Shown: piece by piece, positions 56,794-64,000 of the stretch
How positions within the stretch are numbered: position 1 is the first letter of the stretch
Layout of the letters: each line of letters starts with the position of its first letter
Source: a virus
DNA length: 64,000 nucleotides
Virus record (IMG/VR): IMGVR_UViG_3300009527_000006
Span: 1-64,000 of that record
Reading direction: 5' to 3' (one strand)
Notes under the pieces: generated by a model
Told to the model about the DNA's origin: nothing
Database searches by the model: none
What the model saw: the letters and a program-made list of their open reading frames with translations, nothing else
Program-made: the position numbers and the translations under genes

Positions 56794-57809
56794 ACGTTAT
56801 CTGGATTTAATGCAAACATCTTATTGCACATAGTTTTGAAAGACGCATCTTCTACTAGTGATTGCATAAGATTATCAGTTTCTTCTAGCTCTTTGCGTCT
56901 AAAAACTTTGTCATTGCCAATGAGTTTATACCATCCTTGCTTTTCTGAATAGATATGTTTAGTTTCAAGTGCAAGGTCAAATATTCCAGAGTATTTAGAA
57001 ATTCCATCATCAAAACTAACGGTTACTGGAAAATCGGATTTTTCTCTGACATATCTAGAAAATTTTGATTTCAATACAAAATCAAATCCAGTCAATTCAG
57101 AATCAACCTTCTTTTGTCGTTTTCCAATATTCCACAACGTATGTCCAGCATATTCTGCCCCTCTTCCTCCAGAAGCCTTTTCTTCAGGAAACATGTCCAT
57201 TGTTTGGTAGCTATGATTAATTACTATACAAGTAATGCCCTTGAAATTTATCTGTCCATTAGCAATTCGGAATACAGATTTCAACGCCTTTGCTCTAGTG
57301 AAATCAGCTTTATCATTTTCGTTCTTTGCATCCTCTACTTCTTTCGCACTGGCTAACATACCAATACTATCGACGCAAATAAGAACCTTATCACCGACTT
57401 CTATATCAGTAACTAAATTAGCCAAATCACTCTTCCACTGTTCTACAGTAAAAATAGGTCTTCTGTCAAAATTTTCACCCGGACGAATATCTATTCCTAC
57501 TCCTTCAAAATATGAATTAGGTGAGCCGAACTCCGAATCATAAAAAATGATGAGATTATCTTGGTCCTTATACTTCCTTTGGAACGACTTCATTGCTTGA
57601 ATCATTAGATTAGTTTTGAAGTGCTTTGGTGGAGCAGCAATCATAACTATCCCAGCCGGAAGACCTTTATCGAAAGATCCTGATATTGCTAAATTAAGAA
57701 TAGGAACATCAAAAGGTATAAAATTTTCAGATTCCCAATAATTAGATTTCTCTAATATTTTTTTATCAATTACAGTATTGGCACGAAGTTTATCAAAAAG
57801 TTTTGACAT
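56790..57809 (-). CDS. uvsX: RecA-like recombinase UvsX
   Basis: AAPPKHFKT, YDSEFG, DSIGMLAS and KSVFR motifs. Confidence 0.95.
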   Translation of the reverse strand: MSKLFDKLRANTVIDKKILEKSNYWESENFIPFDVPILNLAISGSFDKGLPAGIVMIAAPPKHFKTNLMIQAMKSFQRKYKDQDNLIIFYDSEFGSPNSYFEGVGIDIRPGENFDRRPIFTVEQWKSDLANLVTDIEVGDKVLICVDSIGMLASAKEVEDAKNENDKADFTRAKALKSVFRIANGQINFKGITCIVINHSYQTMDMFPEEKASGGRGAEYAGHTLWNIGKRQKKVDSELTGFDFVLKSKFSRYVREKSDFPVTVSFDDGISKYSGIFDLALETKHIYSEKQGWYKLIGNDKVFRRKELEETDNLMQSLVEDASFKTMCNKMFALNPDNV

Positions 57810-57815
57810 ATATTA

Positions 57816-57844
57816 ACTATAGCACATCAAATTGACAGTTTCAA
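57816..57844 (-). promoter_or_regulatory. Sigma70-like promoter
   Basis: TTGAAA-17-TATAGT with extended TG, 6 nt before ATG. Confidence 0.65.
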
Positions 57845-57847
57845 GTT

Positions 57848-58213
57848 TTAGTATAAATTAAATTCTGGAACATCTTCTTTAGGAAGAAATCTTTTCACAA
57901 ATTTTTCATTTTTATAACCATTTATTAATTCAGGAGAAAGTTGTAAATTGTCCATGAGAAGACTTTTTTTATGAAGTTTAATATAGTATTCATTAAAATC
58001 TGTATCTGGACTTAAAATAGCCTTCAGAGAAACTGGAACAGGTTCTAATGAAAGTAAATCAATTGGAGGAAATTGAACTTGATAATCTCCGGGCTTAGAT
58101 GATTTAACCGACACCACTGCGGCTGCTTTTAAGTAGATAAATTCTTCATCTTCTTTATAAAGTAATCCTATAATTGTTTCTGAAATGTTTCTATAAACTG
58201 CTCTAACTTCCAT
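57848..58213 (-). CDS. Hypothetical (Sm-like fold) protein
   Basis: 121 aa; ETIIG..L..A pattern. Confidence 0.55.
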   Translation of the reverse strand: MEVRAVYRNISETIIGLLYKEDEEFIYLKAAAVVSVKSSKPGDYQVQFPPIDLLSLEPVPVSLKAILSPDTDFNEYYIKLHKKSLLMDNLQLSPELINGYKNEKFVKRFLPKEDVPEFNLY

Positions 58214-58239
58214 TATATTATTGATAACGAATATTACGT

Positions 58240-58545
58240 TTATGCAAGAAAATAATCTTCTTTCTTTAGAGAATCTTGTCTATCATACTCTTGCCTAACA
58301 CCTATTTTGAAATTCATTACTAAATTATCTTTTTCAAATTGCTCTCTTTGAACTGCTTTTATAAGTTTAGTAACATCATTAGAATACAATCTATACAATT
58401 CTTGCTTAGAAATCCACCGACCCTCAGAAAAATCATCAGATATAATTTCTATATCACGATTTTCAAAAACACTCTGATACGATCTATATAATTCAGCAGA
58501 GTATTTGTTTTTAATACTTAAAAATTTCTGATATAGGTGCTTCAT
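58240..58545 (-). CDS. Hypothetical protein
   Basis: 101 aa ORF. Confidence 0.5.
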   Translation of the reverse strand: MKHLYQKFLSIKNKYSAELYRSYQSVFENRDIEIISDDFSEGRWISKQELYRLYSNDVTKLIKAVQREQFEKDNLVMNFKIGVRQEYDRQDSLKKEDYFLA

Positions 58546-61069
58546 ATTGAAAATCTGGATCTGGTAATTCCCAATTTATTGCTTCATAAATAGGCTTCAG
58601 ACAGCTATTTACAGATTTATCAAACATAGTTCTATAATCTATAGATAAATTAAATTCTACTGGAAATTTGTCAATAAAAGCAATACCTTCAATACCATAT
58701 CCATTCTTCTCAACATGAATAAGTTTTATTTTTTGCCCGTCCTCAATTTTTGCATAAACATTCTGTAAACCATTTTTATCAATAAGAGCATTATAATGCA
58801 GTGACCATTTTGCATGTCTTTGGCATCCTAATTCAGTATATATACCATCAGAATGTTTCCATTTATGTAAAATTTTCATACTGCTCCTAAGAGCAATTTT
58901 ATCTATGGCCATACTTTGATAATTATTATAAGCATCTACATAAAGCATATCACATTCATTTTTAGAATATCCTGACATGATATTCTTAACAATATTCTTT
59001 GCAATGTCCTTAACTTCATCAGAATATATAGATTTGACCAAAGCTATTCCAGAGTATTTTATTTTATTAGTCTTTTTCCCTTCGTTGTTTATTACGTTCA
59101 ATATATAATGTTTCTTTTTAAGCCATATCGCTCTTGTGCAGATGGCCTCTCTCTTAAACTCAATTCTAGGATCTTTGGAATTGAGTTTATTGCGCATCAA
59201 CTCGCTCAAACGTCCATTCACTGTAGTAACAATTTGTTTTTCGAATTTAGAAAAATCTTCTGTAAGATTTCCTTCAGAATCAGCTATTTTTAAGTTAGTC
59301 AATTTAATAACTTTATCTAAAGAGATATACTGGCTATCAGTATCTCCAGCAATAATATGGTCATCATTAGAATTGCAATATTGATTAAGAACCTCATTTA
59401 TTATTCGTTCACTATTCTTTATGATAAACTGACCTGTGGTAGTTATAGAACTGGCACAATCAATATCATACAAGCAGAAAAATCTATTAGCAAAAACACC
59501 ATAGGTAGAATTTAATAGAATTTTATACAAATACTGTTCAGTGTCTAATCTAGCAATAAGGTCATATTCTTTACTTCCACTAGTTTCTAGCTCTAACATT
59601 GTGCCCTTAACAAATTTTCTCTTTTGGTATAAGTCATCAATAAATTTAGAACAAATACTTTTTTCTTTCTGATCAAAAAGAACTCCGCACGATGATATAG
59701 ACCACCCCTTTTTCGATACGTATTCTAACAACTGGTCATCTTCCAATTTAATAGTCCTTTCAGAACCATGTAAAAGATGAACTATAGAATGTCCATCATC
59801 TGTTTTAGTGACCTGTCCGCGTTTACTCTCTGGAGATATATTAAGGGTGATAATAATATTAGGATATAGGCTGTTAATGTCTAAGCTCATGACATTGTCA
59901 TACATGCCCGGAACAGGGACTTTCACATAACCTCCTGCTATTTTTTCTTTTTCAACATCATCGTCAAATCTTGTTAAAAGTATTTTATTTTCTAGATATG
60001 CTTGTTTAGCCAATACTCCTGTAATAATAGGAACTTTGCTCATTGCTCGGTCAACATTACAGAAACCATAAAATGCAGAGAATTTGGCCACGTCTAAGTA
60101 TCTTCTTTTATTATCTATAAGAAGCAGCAGGTGCGTATCCCAAATGTTATAATTAATAAACTTGTTCCAGTTTTTTTCCGAAAGAGATTGCAGAGATTCA
60201 CCAGAATAGTCTAATTTTCCTTGACCTACTTCTAACTTAGAAATAAAATCAAGTGCAAAGCTCTCTTTTTCACCCGGATTATATGTCTTATACAATTGCA
60301 TATAATCAATGTGTGAAAATCCGCCAAAAGTGTATTCTTTATACCTTTTCTGAAAGCTGTCCACTACATCTCTTGCATATATGTTATCTACTGGGGATAG
60401 TTTTGCAGAAAGACCTTCTTTGAGTTTTTCCAATCTTCCTACAATATAAGGAACATCAAAGCTAGCAGAGTTCCATCCAACTAAAACATCTGGATAGTTT
60501 CGTCTCCAGAACTTGACGAAACTTTTCAGCAACAACAATTCAGTAGGACAGTAATAGTATTCTATCTTCTCAGAATCTACACCTTTAATATCATCAAATG
60601 CGGTCCATTTATCATAAGGTTTTATTCCCCATACATAATATTTTTCAGTTTTTGAATCATATATAGTAATGGATGTTATCGGAAATTTACTAGTAATAGG
60701 GTCTGGAAATTCATCTGCAATGACCTCTATGTCAAAATAGAATATACGAAGTTTGTTTTTGGTCAATTCATCTATGCTAGAAGAATGGTATTTCTCTAAT
60801 AAAAATTGCTGTGTTGGAGGAAGATTTAGATAAACCTCCCCACGATAAGATTTTACAAAATTTTTACGCTCTTTTTCGTTGAAGAATTCTCTACGCACCA
60901 AACCCTGACCATCAATGCCAAATGCTTCATCATTTTTACCTTTAGGTGTCTTAATATACAAGAAAGGTCTGAAATTATATTCATATTTTGCAGATTCCTC
61001 ATTTTCATCATATGCCCATAGATGAATTTTGCTATTTTTATGATCGTAGTAACAATTACGGTAAGCCAT
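58511..61069 (-). CDS. gp43: Family B DNA polymerase (gp43)
   Basis: FDIEV, SLDINSLYP, KILLNSTYG, AGDTDS and KKHY motifs. Confidence 0.97.
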   Translation of the reverse strand: MAYRNCYYDHKNSKIHLWAYDENEESAKYEYNFRPFLYIKTPKGKNDEAFGIDGQGLVRREFFNEKERKNFVKSYRGEVYLNLPPTQQFLLEKYHSSSIDELTKNKLRIFYFDIEVIADEFPDPITSKFPITSITIYDSKTEKYYVWGIKPYDKWTAFDDIKGVDSEKIEYYYCPTELLLLKSFVKFWRRNYPDVLVGWNSASFDVPYIVGRLEKLKEGLSAKLSPVDNIYARDVVDSFQKRYKEYTFGGFSHIDYMQLYKTYNPGEKESFALDFISKLEVGQGKLDYSGESLQSLSEKNWNKFINYNIWDTHLLLLIDNKRRYLDVAKFSAFYGFCNVDRAMSKVPIITGVLAKQAYLENKILLTRFDDDVEKEKIAGGYVKVPVPGMYDNVMSLDINSLYPNIIITLNISPESKRGQVTKTDDGHSIVHLLHGSERTIKLEDDQLLEYVSKKGWSISSCGVLFDQKEKSICSKFIDDLYQKRKFVKGTMLELETSGSKEYDLIARLDTEQYLYKILLNSTYGVFANRFFCLYDIDCASSITTTGQFIIKNSERIINEVLNQYCNSNDDHIIAGDTDSQYISLDKVIKLTNLKIADSEGNLTEDFSKFEKQIVTTVNGRLSELMRNKLNSKDPRIEFKREAICTRAIWLKKKHYILNVINNEGKKTNKIKYSGIALVKSIYSDEVKDIAKNIVKNIMSGYSKNECDMLYVDAYNNYQSMAIDKIALRSSMKILHKWKHSDGIYTELGCQRHAKWSLHYNALIDKNGLQNVYAKIEDGQKIKLIHVEKNGYGIEGIAFIDKFPVEFNLSIDYRTMFDKSVNSCLKPIYEAINWELPDPDFQYEAPISEIFKY

Positions 61070-61077
61070 TTATATCT

Positions 61078-61106
61078 AACATAACACTGCTACAGTCTGC
61101 TATCAA
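61078..61106 (-). promoter_or_regulatory. Sigma70-like promoter
   Basis: TTGATA-17-TATGTT with extended TG, 8 nt before ATG. Confidence 0.55.
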
Positions 61107-62452
61107 GCAAACTGTTTTTCATTTCGTGAATAAAAATCTGAGAAAGATTTTCTAGAAGAGTCTCCATAAGGAGTAAGATAAACAGACAGATATTCATCAA
61201 TATGGTCTTCAAGCCAATATCTTGATACATAACTAGCAGCATTTTCAAGTGACTGTCTATAAGATTTGGTAGAAGATGTTATGTTTGCTAGATGCTCCAT
61301 CATCTGTTCACCCGTATCAAATAAATAATTCCATCCATCACTATTATAACAGGATAAATTCTGTGCAATGCATGGTATTCCCATAGCAGCAGCTTCTGTA
61401 ATTTTTATGTTAGCCTTTGCATGATTAAACGGATTATCTGCAAGAGGAGCAATAGCAACATCAGCCCCTATAGAACTGTAGACCGAAGCATAATTAAGAA
61501 TATCGGTCCAAGGATAATATTCTACCAAACCCTTTTCCACATATTTGGCCAGCTCAACAGGATGTCCTCCAAAAAAACACCATTGGTATTTCTTATCCTT
61601 TTCAATATCATTTACTATATGCTGAATAACATGAGTAAAGTCATCTCTTCTATTATTTAGATTTGCCATGTCAATATGAGTAGCACTCCCGGCAAATAAA
61701 ACTCTTGGTTTTTTATTTTTAGACATGCTACTAATTCTTCCCTCTATATCACATCTGAAGTCGAATAAGTAACGAGGAACATAATTGGGTATGATTGAAA
61801 TTCTGGGCATACCTAAATACTTTGAATAATGATCAGCCATATATTGGCTAGGGACAATCATCTCATCTATGTTGCGCATTATACTTCTCATATTAGTTTC
61901 AATGCTAGGATCTAGGAAGCCGCTTTTTGCCACATTATAATTGTTTATAAAACTGGATGGAGCGATAATATCATCAATTTCATATAAAATCTTAAATCCA
62001 CTTTCACCTTTGGTTTTTTGAACATCTGAAACATTTTTCAGAAATTCAACATAGCGTTTTTGCTCATCCGAACATTGTCTCTGGAGTTTGATCGCATTAA
62101 CTCCGTTAAAGGTATCAGGATGAGTAGTTATTCTATACATTCCATCAACCATTGCCTTTTTCTTAGACATTATTATTTGTTGTGGAAAGTGCATACGCCA
62201 AAAAGAACAACCTCCTTGATCTGCATATTGATGTATCAAACGAGGCATATCACTAGGATTCTGTTTTACAGAAACTCTTCTAGACCTAGCCTCGTCCATT
62301 TTTTTAGCAATATTATTATCAACAAAAGAATTTTTTGACCACGGACTCTTAAAAGAATTTTTCAGATTATAATTTTTTTCAAGTATGCCATTATCAGTTC
62401 GATAATTATTAGTTCGATAAGTTTGGTTTCCTCTGCTAGAAGAATTGTGCAT
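61103..62452 (-). CDS. Glycosyltransferase (GT-B fold)
   Basis: GCSFWR, YEIDD, FAGSATH and IAPLADNPFNHAKANIKITE motifs. Confidence 0.85.
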   Translation of the reverse strand: MHNSSSRGNQTYRTNNYRTDNGILEKNYNLKNSFKSPWSKNSFVDNNIAKKMDEARSRRVSVKQNPSDMPRLIHQYADQGGCSFWRMHFPQQIIMSKKKAMVDGMYRITTHPDTFNGVNAIKLQRQCSDEQKRYVEFLKNVSDVQKTKGESGFKILYEIDDIIAPSSFINNYNVAKSGFLDPSIETNMRSIMRNIDEMIVPSQYMADHYSKYLGMPRISIIPNYVPRYLFDFRCDIEGRISSMSKNKKPRVLFAGSATHIDMANLNNRRDDFTHVIQHIVNDIEKDKKYQWCFFGGHPVELAKYVEKGLVEYYPWTDILNYASVYSSIGADVAIAPLADNPFNHAKANIKITEAAAMGIPCIAQNLSCYNSDGWNYLFDTGEQMMEHLANITSSTKSYRQSLENAASYVSRYWLEDHIDEYLSVYLTPYGDSSRKSFSDFYSRNEKQFA

Positions 62453-62481
62453 CTATTATTGATACATATTCAGTTATAATA

Positions 62482-64000
62482 TCAAATAGTATTTTCTATA
62501 AAAGTTACATCATCCTTTTTACGCAATTTTAAGTAAGTCGCATCTGAAGGAATTGCATCTGGTCTGTGAGTCACAATATAAAAACAATCGTCATTTTCTT
62601 CCGCCATCTCTTTGAGCATACTTTGTATTTCTTCTTGACCTTTAGAGTCTATGGCAGAATCAAATAGTTCATCAAATACAGATATATTAAGAGAAATTCC
62701 ACTTTGCATTTTCCTAATATCTCTGAATGCAAACATAAGAGCAAAATCTATCCTAACCGCTTCTCCTCCTGAAGCATTTCCATAAGACACTTCATCACCC
62801 CTAGAATCTGTGATTTTTTCTTCAAAAAATTCATCAAAAATACAAGAATACGGAGATTCTAACCTATTAAGATAATATGCTAATCTGTCATTCAATGTGC
62901 CCAGTATCTTATCAACTATAACAGTTTTAACTCCTTGTGAAGATGCTACAAATTTAACAGCTTCACAAATTAAATCTTCTTCAACTGCTGCATCAAATGA
63001 TATTTTATACTCGTCTATATCATTTTTGTGTTTCTCAATTTTGCCAAAGAACGTATTAGGTTTATTCAAACATTGTTCATATTCTTCTTGTTTTAAACGT
63101 AGGATTTGCTGTTGTAAATTAGCATCGGATAAATCTGCTTCTAATTTCTTTAGTTTTGATTCATCAGTCTTTATATCTGAGGAGTGGCGAGACAATTTAG
63201 TTTCTGCCTTTCTAATTTTAGAAATGAATAAATCGTATTCATTTTTCTTCTCTAATAGTTCTTGCTTAACTATATTTTTTTCATTCTCTATCTCAGCCTT
63301 ATCATGTTCGTTTAGAGGACGTTTACAAGAAGGACATATTTTATTTTTCTCAGTCAAATCTTTTAATTTATTCTCTAAAGAAAGCACTATAGATTGAAAT
63401 TTGACCTTCTTATTATTGGCCTTTATGATTTTATCAGATAACTCTCTTTGCTCAGTGATTCTATTTTTAATAGAATCTTTAATCTTAGTCATCTCATCTA
63501 AAATATCAGAAACTATAAATGTAGAATTTCTTCTATTATCTATATCTCGTTGAATTTTATTCAATTCTATTTTACGAGCCTGTTCTTCTTCATCAGCATA
63601 ATTCTGCAAATTCTGCAAATTTTTAATAGCACTATTGTAAATTGTTTCTTTTTTAACTAAATCCTTAGATGCCGAAGATGCTTGTTCTTTAGCGGATGAA
63701 AATATATCTGAAAAACATTCTAGTGACAATATTCCCTCAATAAATTTGGTCTTTAAATCTTTGCTCTGTGAGATAAAAGAATTTTTAGAATTATTTGTCA
63801 TTACTAAAGTATGATTAAAAATACTCTGAGACACCCCTAATACCTTTTGTATTTCTTTTTCGGTTTCATTTATAGTTTTAGACAAATCTTCGTTATTTTT
63901 ATAAAATAACAACTTATTAGGTTTCAGAGTTCTAATTACTTTATAGTAATCTTTTTCTATAGAAAATTCCAATTCTACTTCACATGGCCCTTTGCTGCGT
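62482..64000 (-). CDS. gp46: Recombination endonuclease subunit gp46 (SbcC-like), 5' truncated by the window
   Basis: CPSC zinc hook; SGGEAVRID; FDELFD; IVTH. Confidence 0.92.
   Translation of the reverse strand, partial: RSKGPCEVELEFSIEKDYYKVIRTLKPNKLLFYKNNEDLSKTINETEKEIQKVLGVSQSIFNHTLVMTNNSKNSFISQSKDLKTKFIEGILSLECFSDIFSSAKEQASSASKDLVKKETIYNSAIKNLQNLQNYADEEEQARKIELNKIQRDIDNRRNSTFIVSDILDEMTKIKDSIKNRITEQRELSDKIIKANNKKVKFQSIVLSLENKLKDLTEKNKICPSCKRPLNEHDKAEIENEKNIVKQELLEKKNEYDLFISKIRKAETKLSRHSSDIKTDESKLKKLEADLSDANLQQQILRLKQEEYEQCLNKPNTFFGKIEKHKNDIDEYKISFDAAVEEDLICEAVKFVASSQGVKTVIVDKILGTLNDRLAYYLNRLESPYSCIFDEFFEEKITDSRGDEVSYGNASGGEAVRIDFALMFAFRDIRKMQSGISLNISVFDELFDSAIDSKGQEEIQSMLKEMAEENDDCFYIVTHRPDAIPSDATYLKLRKKDDVTFIENTI

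Noticed and set aside
875-63397. Many antisense ORFs in the track overlapping core genes (e.g. 9152, 15657, 36800, 55586, 62897)
   Set aside because: Lie opposite well-supported genes, with no motifs or promoters.
1-64000. tRNA or rRNA genes
   Set aside because: No cloverleaf or rRNA-like sequence recognised by eye; the GTTCG hits examined belong to attC R' sites. tRNAscan-SE would settle it.

Overview
AT-rich segment of a large T4-like (Tevenvirinae-like) myophage genome. It encodes head genes (gp21, gp22, gp23, gp16, and gp17 with a class-3 mini-intein), tail and baseplate genes (gp18, tube-like proteins, gp26/gp48/gp53/gp27-like proteins, a split gp5), replication genes (gp43, gp41, gp61, gp62, gp45, gp32, UvsX, gp46), an RNA ligase, a thioredoxin, three glycosyltransferases and a GH46-like lysin. 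The standout is 46999-54790, inside the replication module: an integron-type gene-cassette array with seven attC-like hairpins plus a degenerate remnant and no integrase in the window. The R' end of each attC matches the R'' of the next attC, as expected from real cassette recombination. Most cassettes are two-sided: a promoterless top-strand gene plus a convergent bottom-strand ORF behind the phage's own late-promoter motif. Two ORFs use attC sequence as coding sequence. One cassette is interrupted by a ~4-kb IS607/TnpB element carrying LAGLIDADG and methyltransferase cargo, and its excision restores a 91-aa ORF in frame. Across the window, early and late promoter motifs sit only ~5-9 nt from start codons, suggesting leaderless transcripts. 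All product calls come from motif recognition, not database searches.
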